Assembly: GCA_964015995.1 (NCBI GenBank)
Contig: CAXHFH010000001.1
Span: forward strand, 1 to 56,330
Direction: 5' to 3'
Source of the DNA: an uncultured Alphaproteobacteria bacterium
Lineage (GTDB): Bacteria; Pseudomonadota; Alphaproteobacteria; Micavibrionales; Micavibrionaceae
DNA length: 56,330 bases
Numbering within the stretch: position 1 is the stretch's first letter; every line of letters begins with the position of its first letter. This document shows, one piece after another, positions 20,588 through 29,362 of this stretch. Under the pieces are notes generated by a model. It was not told the DNA's origin. It did no database searches and saw only the letters and a program-made list of their open reading frames with translations. The translations under genes were made by a program, and so were the position numbers.

Positions 20588-21139
20588 TTATTTCCACTTA
20601 ATTGAGCATCCCATGGATGGTGTTTGTGTCGTAGATACTAAGCCCGTTTCTTTAATCTCTATCATCGCATTCAAAAGTTCAGGTACTGTATTCTCATCGG
20701 CAGGCTTATTCGCCGCGCTGTCTAATCTACCGCGGTACTGCAAAACGTTGTCTTTATCAAAGCCATAGATGTCAGGCGTACATACTGCGTCGTAGGCTTT
20801 TGCAATATCTTGAGTTTCGTCAATTAGGTAAGGGAACGAGAAACTATACTTTTCAGAAAAAAGTTTCATATTCTCAAAAGAGTCCGCAGGATAGTTCTCT
20901 GTATCATTGGCCATGATTGCGACTGTTTTTATACCGTGCTCCGCCAATTTATTTGATGTGGCGACGATCCGATCAATAACGGCAATAACGTAGGGGCAGT
21001 GGTTGCATATAAACATAATCACTGTGCCATTCTCACCTTTGCACGCGTTTAAGGTATGCATTTGGCCATCAACACCTTTAAGCGTGAAATCAGGCGCATT
21101 GAAGTCATCTTGTCTCTCGGGTGTGTGTAATAAAGCCAT
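20588..21139 (-). CDS. Thioredoxin-fold (AhpC/TSA-like) thiol-disulfide oxidoreductase
   Basis: The start is taken at MALLHTPER. The motif APDFTLKGVDGQMHTL...VIMFICNHCPYV contains a CxxC redox motif. The product is 183 aa. Confidence 0.7.
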   Translation of the reverse strand: MALLHTPERQDDFNAPDFTLKGVDGQMHTLNACKGENGTVIMFICNHCPYVIAVIDRIVATSNKLAEHGIKTVAIMANDTENYPADSFENMKLFSEKYSFSFPYLIDETQDIAKAYDAVCTPDIYGFDKDNVLQYRGRLDSAANKPADENTVPELLNAMIEIKETGLVSTTQTPSMGCSIKWK

Positions 21140-21178
21140 ATTTCTTCCTTTTTTTCGTGTTTTTTGGTACGATAACCT

Positions 21179-21529
21179 ATGACATTTGAAGTAATCCACA
21201 ATACGGCGTTTGTCCAGCCTGCCGGATTTTCTCAGCAACAATTCAGAAAGCTTGATCAGCTTTACTGTGAATGCGCAACGCACAAAACGCTTACCTACCG
21301 TACGGTTGAATGTGATTTTGATGAAGGGGTTGCAAGTTACACCTATTTTAAATCTTCAAACCAGGCCGCTTATCTGCAATTCGTGATCAGAAAAGTTGGG
21401 CCGCGCACAACCATGTTCGAGGTTTATAAGCAAGGCAAAGGCAGAATCGCTAAAAGCGGCGTATTTGATCGTGCCTATGATAAATTATGTAACGAAGTCG
21501 ATCTTTTGAACGAAGCTGTTAAAAATTAA
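21179..21529 (+). CDS. Hypothetical protein (116 aa)
   Basis: ORF only; no motif recognised. Confidence 0.4.
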   Translation: MTFEVIHNTAFVQPAGFSQQQFRKLDQLYCECATHKTLTYRTVECDFDEGVASYTYFKSSNQAAYLQFVIRKVGPRTTMFEVYKQGKGRIAKSGVFDRAYDKLCNEVDLLNEAVKN

Positions 21530-21611
21530 TCAACTTCATGATTTATTTTACTTTTTCGGGATGTTTCTTTTATATTTTCCTGTAATATGGCTCTGATATT
21601 AGATTATTGGG

Positions 21612-22670
21612 ATGTTTTTTATGAATAACTCTTTTTTGAAAACACGCATTTGTGCACTTTCGTTGCTTCTAGGCTCTTTTGCATTACCTGCCTATGCGGG
21701 GTATGAAAAAAATTACATTGGAGAAATGGAAACATACGAGGCCGCGTATGAAGATACATTGGTGCATCTTGCCCGTAAACACGGTTTAGGCTTTGTTGAG
21801 GTGCGCGCCGCGAACCCCAAGCTTGATCCTTGGATACCGGGCGAAGGTGCGGAGGTCATTTTGCCTAAGAAGCATTTATTGCCCGATGCACCGCGTACAG
21901 GCTTAGTGATCAATTTACCGGAAATGCGTGTCTATGCGTTCGTTAATGGGGATGAGGCGCCATACTCTTATCCGCTTGGTATAGGCCGTGAGGGGTTAAA
22001 TACGCCTATTGGGAAAACATCAATCGTTCGTAAAAAAGAGGGGCCTACGTGGCGTCCTACGCCGCGTATGCGTAGAGAAGATCCGGAGCTTCCTGCTGTT
22101 GTTCCGCCGGGACCTGACAATCCATTGGGATCGCACGCACTTTATTTCGGTTGGCCGACTTATGCCATGCATGGCACAAACCGCCCGTTTGGTATCGGGC
22201 GCAGGGTCAGTAGTGGTTGTATCCGTATGTATCCCGAAGATATCAAAAAGTTCTTTGAACAAATTCCTGTAGGGACAAAGGTGAATGTCATTAATCAACC
22301 GATCAAAGTTTCATGGATTGATAATGAACTGTATTTGGAAGCGCATCCGGATATGGAGCAAGCCATCAAGATGGAAGAAATGGGGATGGTTGAACAACAG
22401 AAATTTACCGATGAAGACATGGCCCTTATTATTGATAAGGCAGGGCGCTATGGAGATCGTTTAAACTGGCCTAAGGTTCGGAATGCTTTAAGGGAGCGTA
22501 CGGGCTATCCGGTGCGTATTGCGCGTTACTTTGATGAATCGTCTGATACGGATAACGATGATGACGATCAGGTGAATGAAGATTTAATCACTCCTCAGAA
22601 AAAGCCTGATGTAAGCGCAATTAAAATTGAACCAAATGTAATTGTTGTCGAAGCTCTTCCAGGCGAGTAA
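21612..22670 (+). CDS. L,D-transpeptidase (YkuD domain) with signal peptide and acidic C-terminal tail
   Basis: Signal peptide ...LLLGSFALPAYA and catalytic motif HGTNRPFGIGRRVSSGCIRM. Confidence 0.85.
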   Translation: MFFMNNSFLKTRICALSLLLGSFALPAYAGYEKNYIGEMETYEAAYEDTLVHLARKHGLGFVEVRAANPKLDPWIPGEGAEVILPKKHLLPDAPRTGLVINLPEMRVYAFVNGDEAPYSYPLGIGREGLNTPIGKTSIVRKKEGPTWRPTPRMRREDPELPAVVPPGPDNPLGSHALYFGWPTYAMHGTNRPFGIGRRVSSGCIRMYPEDIKKFFEQIPVGTKVNVINQPIKVSWIDNELYLEAHPDMEQAIKMEEMGMVEQQKFTDEDMALIIDKAGRYGDRLNWPKVRNALRERTGYPVRIARYFDESSDTDNDDDDQVNEDLITPQKKPDVSAIKIEPNVIVVEALPGE

Positions 22671-22682
22671 AGCCTAAGTTTA

Positions 22683-23036
22683 CTACATGAATTTTATAAG
22701 AAGAATAAGGCTATGGAGTGTTGGCATCACGATTGGTGCAAGCATAAATACATAGCGCCACTTTCCTTTCAGAAAGAAAATCGCAAAACTGAATAAAGCA
22801 CAAATGATCCATGTGACTGTCGGTTCAAAAACCATAACCGGGGCAGGGGTGTCGCCTGACATGTTGCTGTAAAAACTGAGCGCGTCAAAACTTTCATTTT
22901 CAAAATCAATAAGATTGAATTTCAATGTTGCCAGATTGTAAATGATCGCTGGCATTGTAAAGCCAAGCCAGTTACAGAAGAAAAATAGAAAAAGTTTCTT
23001 AATAGTTTTCATGACGTCTTTCGAAGTTTCTACCAT
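22683..23036 (-). CDS. Hypothetical small membrane protein (117 aa)
   Basis: Three or four hydrophobic segments, AT-rich, no motif recognised. Confidence 0.4.
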   Translation of the reverse strand: MVETSKDVMKTIKKLFLFFFCNWLGFTMPAIIYNLATLKFNLIDFENESFDALSFYSNMSGDTPAPVMVFEPTVTWIICALFSFAIFFLKGKWRYVFMLAPIVMPTLHSLILLIKFM

Positions 23037-23040
23037 ATAT

Positions 23041-23075
23041 AATAAAAAGACCGTCTCAAAGACAGTCTTTTTTTG
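23041..23075 (-). terminator. Rho-independent terminator (structurally bidirectional) after the small lipoprotein gene
   Basis: aaaaAGACCGTCTcaaAGACAGTCTttttttt: a stem with one mismatch, flanked by an A-run and a T-run. Confidence 0.6.
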
Positions 23076-23099
23076 AAATAATAAAATTTAAGAAAGAGC

Positions 23100-23324
23100 T
23101 TATTTAGTTTGTGCTCTTTGGAAAACTTTCTCAGCTGGTGCAACGCGTGTAGGTGTTGCAACGACAGGAGATGATTTAACCATATCTTTGTCATGTGTCG
23201 CTGTGCGCTCCATTGCATATGGTGGCTCGTGGTCTACATCACCCATTGATGTTGAATCACAAGCTGATAGAGCTAGTGTTGCGCCTAGTAGGCAAAATGT
23301 TGCAAATGATTTTTTCATTTTCAT
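23100..23324 (-). CDS. Small putative lipoprotein (74 aa)
   Basis: MKMKKSFATFCLLGATLALSAC contains a lipobox (LSAC). Confidence 0.5.
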   Translation of the reverse strand: MKMKKSFATFCLLGATLALSACDSTSMGDVDHEPPYAMERTATHDKDMVKSSPVVATPTRVAPAEKVFQRAQTK

Positions 23325-23490
23325 TCCTCGTTTAGTAAATCGTTAAAATAACCTTTTGAAATTTTGCCACAATGACAAACTCATAAAATTCACAAGTATG
23401 ACTCTTTATACAAAGTGGGTTGTTTTTCAAGTGATTTTTGATTTTTTTGTCACAGTTTTCGGTATTGATGCAAATATGTAACACTTTATG

Positions 23491-24765
23491 TTAATTATTC
23501 TCATTCAGGGCTGCATGTTCAAAATAAGCATCTACGCCCGATCGAATCGCTCGCGCGATTTTTTGTTGATGTCCTTTTTGTTTCAAGAGGTTGGCTTCCT
23601 GTTTGTTGGACATGAAGCCTGTTTCAACAAGAATAGAGGGGATGTCCGGTGCTTTAAGAACAGCAAACCCCGCATAACGGTGAGGGTTTTGAAGCGTTCT
23701 AATGCCATTACTCTTAAGTTTTGCAACAAGCGTGTTGGCAAAAAACTTTGACTGGTTCATTGTTTCATTCATCAAAAAGTCACCGAGAATAAAGGCGACC
23801 TGCCTGTCTTCAACATCTAAGCCAACGCCGCCAATCAGGTCAGCCTGATTTTCTTTTTTGGCAAGCGCCGCGGTTTGCGCATCAGATGATTTTTTTGAAA
23901 TTGTATAAATGGACGTACCGCGCACACTTCTTTTCTGGATGGAATCTGCATGGAGAGAAATAAATAAGTCACCGTCATGTTTTCGGGCAAATTTTACGCG
24001 ATCCTTCAATTTTATAAAGACGTCCTTTTCACGTGTCAGCAGCACGCGGTATTGACCGCTAGCCTGTAATTCTTTGCGCAGTTCTTTTGCTATGCCTAAA
24101 ACAACATGCTTTTCATAAGCTTTGTTGTAACCGACGGCGCCGGGGTCTGCGCCACCATGGCCCGGATCAATAATAATTAAAGGTTTTTTGATGACCTTTT
24201 TCTGAACGGCCTTTTGATCGGGACGGGCGGCATTGGACGGCGGTATCGGGACGCCATTTGCAATTTTCGTTGGATTAAACGGGATGTTGGTGTGTGCATA
24301 ATCTTCCGTTTTTAAGGTGCCGTGTATTGTGGCCTTTTTGGCTGCGAATGTGACGGCATCTACAGCTGCGTAGTCAATAACAAGTCTGTTAGGGCGATCT
24401 TCATTGCGCGGCAGGAAGAATGCCCCCTGAATGGCAACAGGCTGCTCTAGATCAAAGACAATGCGCGATATGCCGTCTTTTAACTTCCCTTGCCGTACGC
24501 TTGTGACAAACACACTGGAGGGGTATTCGGTTTTGCCGGCGCGCCACATAAAATGCGGAAGGTCTATGACAATACGATAGGGGGAACTGAGCGCAAAAAC
24601 CCTGAAATCTGATATTTGATCCATATCGACGACAAGGCGCACTTTGTCCGGGTGCTTGCCGAAGCGTACCGAATTAATTTCAAGCGCGCTTGCTTGCGTT
24701 GTCCAGAACACAAGGCATAAAAATATGCAAACCCATAGGGCATTTTGTTTATGAATGAATGACAA
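23491..24765 (-). CDS. amiC: N-acetylmuramoyl-L-alanine amidase (AmiC-type, AMIN + amidase_3 domains)
   Basis: Signal peptide and an AMIN-like N-terminal region (VRFGKHPDKVRLVVDM...YRIVIDLP). Amidase_3 motifs are IIIDPGHGGADPGAVG, SLHADS and ETGFMSN. Confidence 0.85.
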   Translation of the reverse strand: MSFIHKQNALWVCIFLCLVFWTTQASALEINSVRFGKHPDKVRLVVDMDQISDFRVFALSSPYRIVIDLPHFMWRAGKTEYPSSVFVTSVRQGKLKDGISRIVFDLEQPVAIQGAFFLPRNEDRPNRLVIDYAAVDAVTFAAKKATIHGTLKTEDYAHTNIPFNPTKIANGVPIPPSNAARPDQKAVQKKVIKKPLIIIDPGHGGADPGAVGYNKAYEKHVVLGIAKELRKELQASGQYRVLLTREKDVFIKLKDRVKFARKHDGDLFISLHADSIQKRSVRGTSIYTISKKSSDAQTAALAKKENQADLIGGVGLDVEDRQVAFILGDFLMNETMNQSKFFANTLVAKLKSNGIRTLQNPHRYAGFAVLKAPDIPSILVETGFMSNKQEANLLKQKGHQQKIARAIRSGVDAYFEHAALNENN

Positions 24766-24935
24766 GGCGAATGCTCGACCGTTAGTGAACTCTACTTAGA
24801 ATTTATAACATAGATATGCGAAAACAAGAAAATCGTACATAAATTTGTCATATCTGATGATTTTTATACAGTTGTATTTGAGTGTTTTGCTATGATACTA
24901 TTCACATAATAATAAATAAAAGTCGGCGGGTGCGA

Positions 24936-26171
24936 ATGACAACATCAATCTTTAACATCAGGAAGAGTGCTGATTATGGCACTGCTTTAACCTGTTACTC
25001 TGCGAGTGAGTGGGATCAGGAGACGCGTGCTATATATCGTTTGGGGCGGCGGCCTGCTGTCTATTTTGATAAGTTTAGTGACCCGGATTCACCGGATCAT
25101 GAAATATTTCAAAATTTTTTAGCTGAGCAAAACATAACGGAGCCAACACAAGATGCTGTGGCGGAAGCTGCGGCTATTGAGTTATCGAAGCGGATTGTTA
25201 CGGATGATTTTGTCGAAAAAATTGGCCAAAATATTATTGAAAAAATGCAATCTAATCCAAATCATGGATTTGATAAAATTAAGGTCATTTGTCCTTTTCC
25301 AATTGATGCTAATGAAACACAAAATGAGTTCGCCCCAGCATTGAATGCATTGGTCACTGTTCGATTGCAGGAATCTTTGCCTCAGATGTTGGCTCAAAAT
25401 GGTTTGGCGAATATACCTGTCATTAATGAGCATGATCCTGAGCACGCGGATCCCGAAAAAAGCATCTTAAACATTGTTAATAATAGTCGTGGAAGTACAT
25501 CACATCCTGAGCCGGGTAAAGAAGGACTAACATATGTCGAGCGTTTGGTTCGTCAGCCTGTTTACTCAGGGGATGTGGATCAGAAAGCTTTATATGTACC
25601 GGTAGATGACTTTTTGGTAGCTCAGAGTACTCTCACGGGACTTATGAGTTACATTCATAGTGAGGGTGGCGTTACAACAAACGGAGTGACTGGTGTGCAG
25701 CTCTTCAATGGAATTAACGTGATGTCTGTACAGCCTGAAACATTGGAATATTTAAACACGGTGATAGGAGACACACCCGTATCAGAGCAATCCGAATATG
25801 GAGGGCAAGAAGGGTATGAAGATGCAGTGCAAGAATTGATGGCGCGTGTTGGTTTGAAGGTTGATTTTGATCATCCTGAGAACAATACGATTAATAATGT
25901 TGAAATGATGTTTTTAGCTGGAATTTTAGCTGACTCAAATAATCCAGAGCATGTCGAGGCCTTTGAAAGCGTGCTGTCTTCAATCGGAAGTAATCCGGAA
26001 GAAGCAAAAGGAAACAGCCCGTCTGATGTGTTTTTTGCAAACCGTATGACCCTTTATGATTTGGAAGAGCATTTTGCGAAGGTTTTAGAGGTTAGAAAAC
26101 CACTAATTGATATGAAACATGAGCGTGTACAAAGCATGCAAGAGAATGATCAGACTGTTGATTTTAATTAG
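24936..26171 (+). CDS. Hypothetical acidic protein (411 aa), no signal peptide
   Basis: Long ORF with the start taken at MTTSIFNI. No family motif recognised. Confidence 0.55.
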   Translation: MTTSIFNIRKSADYGTALTCYSASEWDQETRAIYRLGRRPAVYFDKFSDPDSPDHEIFQNFLAEQNITEPTQDAVAEAAAIELSKRIVTDDFVEKIGQNIIEKMQSNPNHGFDKIKVICPFPIDANETQNEFAPALNALVTVRLQESLPQMLAQNGLANIPVINEHDPEHADPEKSILNIVNNSRGSTSHPEPGKEGLTYVERLVRQPVYSGDVDQKALYVPVDDFLVAQSTLTGLMSYIHSEGGVTTNGVTGVQLFNGINVMSVQPETLEYLNTVIGDTPVSEQSEYGGQEGYEDAVQELMARVGLKVDFDHPENNTINNVEMMFLAGILADSNNPEHVEAFESVLSSIGSNPEEAKGNSPSDVFFANRMTLYDLEEHFAKVLEVRKPLIDMKHERVQSMQENDQTVDFN

Positions 26172-26180
26172 GAGGCGTGT

Positions 26181-26339
26181 GTGCGAAACGAATTTAAGCA
26201 AAAAATGAGTGACTTTTACGGTAAAATTCTTGAAGTCCCGAAGGGGTGGCTGACATCATCAGATCAAGTTGATGAGAGTTTAAAGTCTCATTCCGATAAA
26301 TTTGAAAAGTACAAAAAGCACTTTGAAAAACAAAATTAA
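26181..26339 (+). CDS. Possible small lysine-rich protein (52 aa), absent from the ORF track
   Basis: A GTG at 26181 lies 5 nt after the strong SD AGGAGG (26170-26175), which overlaps the upstream stop. Translation: VRNEFKQKMSDFYGKILEVPKGWLTSSDQVDESLKSHSDKFEKYKKHFEKQN. Confidence 0.35.
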   Translation: MRNEFKQKMSDFYGKILEVPKGWLTSSDQVDESLKSHSDKFEKYKKHFEKQN

Positions 26340-26361
26340 GTTAGATTATTATACGCGGCCC

Positions 26362-27213
26362 TTAGATTTTGATGGGTGTAAATTCCTTCAAACATAAAAA
26401 ACCACCATTGACCGCAATCGTGATTTCCCGCGGGAAGGAGCGTATGAGTGTGCCCGGTTCATGGTTATGGTGTTCCTTCCAACCATTAAACGCGAAGACC
26501 GCTAATTTTTGATTTTGACCAAAACGGTTGGTCACATTGGCGAAAACACCGTACCTGCCGAAGGCGCGCCCTTTCTTGAGCAACGTTTCAATAGGATCGT
26601 TCCAATGCAATGTGCGGAAAACGGTATCAGGCTCATTATAATATGATGCATCTTCGGCATTTTGCGGTTTTGCATTTTGCCAATAAGTCTCGATGTCATT
26701 AACTACTTCCGAGGCGCCTGCGGGCATGTTGACGGAGATACGTGCCGCAAGCGTTTCAATGTCTGTGGTGTCATCAAGGGGGGTGGATTTTTGGAACAAA
26801 ATATCACCTGCGTCATAATCCTGCGTCAATTTATGGATCGTAAAGCCCGCTGCTTCGGGTTCATCCATAATCACATAAGGTTGAGGCATAATACCGCGGG
26901 CGCGGGGCAAAAGAGTGGGGTGAATGTTCAGTCCATACGCCTTGTTCTCATCAATCGGTGGTATTTTATAAGGATAGCCAGATGATAAAAAGAGTGCGCA
27001 TCCTTTATCGATTAACGTGGTTATATTCTCACTGGTAATCTTACCTTGGGTGATGGGAATATTTTGTTGCGCGCAAAGGGCCTTTATCTCCTTGTTATAG
27101 GAATAATGATTGTCACATTTAAACGTGAATACTTGAACGGCCTCGTGGCCATCATTTAGAAGACGTTGCATGACATCGAGCGTATGATCGTAACCAAAAA
27201 AACAAAATTTCAT
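26362..27213 (-). CDS. Formyltransferase-family protein (Fmt/PurN-like N-terminal fold)
   Basis: NIHPTLLPRARG matches the N-x-H-x-SLLP-x-x-RG formyltransferase motif, and the DAGDIL Asp lies downstream. The product is 283 aa. Confidence 0.65.
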   Translation of the reverse strand: MKFCFFGYDHTLDVMQRLLNDGHEAVQVFTFKCDNHYSYNKEIKALCAQQNIPITQGKITSENITTLIDKGCALFLSSGYPYKIPPIDENKAYGLNIHPTLLPRARGIMPQPYVIMDEPEAAGFTIHKLTQDYDAGDILFQKSTPLDDTTDIETLAARISVNMPAGASEVVNDIETYWQNAKPQNAEDASYYNEPDTVFRTLHWNDPIETLLKKGRAFGRYGVFANVTNRFGQNQKLAVFAFNGWKEHHNHEPGTLIRSFPREITIAVNGGFLCLKEFTPIKI

Positions 27214-27273
27214 GGCTGCAGTGTGTCAGTATGAAGGGGGAAGGATCAAGTCTAAAAGTGGTGCCGTGGAATG

Positions 27274-27672
27274 TTAATCATCGAAAGCATCGAGCAATTC
27301 ATCGAATAGCTCTCCGGTGACTTCGATAGTTTTCAAATTCGCCTTGTATGATATTTCGGCAATTTTTAAATTCACGACTTCTTCGGCTAAATTAACATTC
27401 GGTACGCCAATAATGCCGTTTTCATCAGCAAAAGGTGAATTGGCATCAAAGGCCGGCACAAAGGCGGGATCTTTTGGAATAAAGCTGGTTTGAACGCCTC
27501 CGGTTTCACCCAGAGCCTTGGATTGCGTAGTGATTGGTGTATAAGGCGCATTGTTTTTATCCGCCAGCGAACCGACTGTATTGAGATTGGCAATGTTAGA
27601 TGCGCTCGCATTTAACCGCAACGATGCAGAATTTAGGCCTGTTAATGCTATTCCAATGGTATTTATCATCAT
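27274..27672 (-). CDS. flgC: FlgC-like flagellar basal-body rod protein (orphan)
   Basis: The N-terminal rod motif is GLNSASLRLNASASNIANLNT. The C-terminal block PFADENGIIGVPNVNLAEEVVNLKIAEISYKANLKTI aligns by eye along its length with E. coli FlgC as I recall it. Confidence 0.75.
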   Translation of the reverse strand: MMINTIGIALTGLNSASLRLNASASNIANLNTVGSLADKNNAPYTPITTQSKALGETGGVQTSFIPKDPAFVPAFDANSPFADENGIIGVPNVNLAEEVVNLKIAEISYKANLKTIEVTGELFDELLDAFDD

Positions 27673-27743
27673 TTTAATATACCATATTCATGGTAAAAAT
27701 GTTATTTATAAGAATGAGTTAGTTTTATTAAGGAATTATCATA

Positions 27744-28217
27744 ATGCGTTTTCTAAGTTTTCTTCTGCTTTTTGCTGTTGCTGTAACAGGCTTCGCGCAG
27801 CTATCACACGCCGACAAGGCAACCCATTGGAGCTATATATATCACGATGGATATAAGCATAACTTTGAACCTTATATGGGGGAGCAGGTACTAAAACAGC
27901 GTTCCACTTGGGATAACGACACATGGACGCCGGAAGATTGGATTGATAATCCAGGTGATGAAAAAATTATACTTCGCGACTTTTATGCGATTGGCCTTTT
28001 GAAGAAACAGTTTGTGGATGATGGTATTCCTGTTCTTCGTGTGGGTGAAAAATTTGTTCAACTTTCAGGGTTTGATCAAAGGCGCGTTTTAGAATTCATC
28101 GATTATGTATTTGAAATTACGACATCTGAAGAAAACGGCATGTTCTATGTCTATTATGAGAAAGATGATAACGATCCGTTGGGCTTGTATAATAAGCACG
28201 GTTTTCAAAACTACTAA
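27744..28217 (+). CDS. Hypothetical secreted protein (157 aa)
   Basis: Signal peptide MRFLSFLLLFAVAVTGFAQLSHA. The mature part is rich in Trp, Tyr and Asp. Confidence 0.55.
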   Translation: MRFLSFLLLFAVAVTGFAQLSHADKATHWSYIYHDGYKHNFEPYMGEQVLKQRSTWDNDTWTPEDWIDNPGDEKIILRDFYAIGLLKKQFVDDGIPVLRVGEKFVQLSGFDQRRVLEFIDYVFEITTSEENGMFYVYYEKDDNDPLGLYNKHGFQNY

Positions 28218-28242
28218 GATTGAAAACCGATAAGTAATTATG

Positions 28243-28280
28243 ATTCTGTGTGCTGTTTTCGGTGCACAGAATTTTTTTTA
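28243..28280 (+). terminator. Rho-independent terminator
   Basis: TTCTGTGTGCtgttttcgGTGCACAGAAtttttttt: a 10-bp stem with one G-U pair, followed by a T8 run. Confidence 0.8.
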
Positions 28281-29204
28281 TTTGCTTCCATGTATACTTT
28301 CTGGTGCCGGAAGATCTGATTTTGTGCGGGCTTCACGATAGAGGATAAAAATATTGCTCGCGATGATCATCGTGGCGCCTATGATCACATTGGCGCTTGG
28401 GGCTTTATCCCAGAACATATAATCGAAAATCATTGTCCATATAATCATGCTGTACATGATGGGCGCTATGATAGATGCCTCACCAAGACGAAAACTTTGG
28501 GTTTTTGCTAGCAAAGATAAAAGTCCCGTTGTGCCAAGGCCGATAATAATCCATAGCGCATCCAATGAAAAACTGTTGGGTTGTATTTCTGCAAGTGGCC
28601 AATGTAGCCCTGTGGTGATTGTTCCAAATAAAACAAAGTAAAAAACGGTGGTCATGGAATTCTCGGTAGAGCCAAGCCAGCGCAAACATGCATCAACGCA
28701 GCCTGATGAAAACCCCCAGCCCAGTCCGATCAAGATACCATATAAAGGTAGAATTGAGACGTCAGACATTGGGTTTGCGACAATGATAACACCAGTAAAC
28801 CCAAATAAAACCGCGCCAAGCCGATAGGCGCCGACATCTTCTTTCAAAACGGCATAGGAAATAAGCACTGTGAATAACGGAGACGTGAATAGTAGAACCG
28901 TTGTTTCTGCCAAAGGCATTATGGACAACGCCCATGCGCCTAAAACAATGCCGACCGTTCCTATCGCACTTCTGAAGACATGCGCCCAAGGTCGTTGTGT
29001 TTTAAGTAAAACAAGCTTACCTGCGAACACGAGCCACAATGTGAGTGCCGCTAGCGAAAAAATATTTCGGAAAAACGTAACCTCAATCGGTCCAAAGTAA
29101 GTCGCGAGTAATTTTGCAAACAGGCTCATTCCCGCAAGCATGAATGCATTTATTGCGGCAAAAAATATACCCATAAGAAGTGGTGTGCGGCTCGGCATGT
29201 TCAT
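28278..29204 (-). CDS. EamA/DMT-family transporter (copy 1)
   Basis: The start is taken at MNMPSRTP, preceded by the GAAGGAAG SD. Ten TM helices with the duplicated EamA pattern. Confidence 0.8.
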   Translation of the reverse strand: MNMPSRTPLLMGIFFAAINAFMLAGMSLFAKLLATYFGPIEVTFFRNIFSLAALTLWLVFAGKLVLLKTQRPWAHVFRSAIGTVGIVLGAWALSIMPLAETTVLLFTSPLFTVLISYAVLKEDVGAYRLGAVLFGFTGVIIVANPMSDVSILPLYGILIGLGWGFSSGCVDACLRWLGSTENSMTTVFYFVLFGTITTGLHWPLAEIQPNSFSLDALWIIIGLGTTGLLSLLAKTQSFRLGEASIIAPIMYSMIIWTMIFDYMFWDKAPSANVIIGATMIIASNIFILYREARTKSDLPAPESIHGSK

Positions 29205-29362
29205 GGATTTTCTTCCTTCACCTAACACATATCACAAGCTTGTGTTTCTACACGTATCGAATGCGCAAAAAAGCGTAATAAAACTGGGGGCTTTTAATTT
29301 ACGTAAAAGTTTTTATTTTTTATATGAGTATGATAGTTTAAAAGGAAAAAACAGGGTGAAAT

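Noticed and set aside
29301-29310. Shared 10-mer tacgtaaaag upstream of the first S8-like gene and again at 50762-50771 upstream of the 301-aa orphan, as a possible common regulator site.
   Set aside because: Repeated 10-mers are expected many times by chance in 56 kb on two strands. The distances to the start codons differ, and no further copies were noticed upstream of the other orphans.
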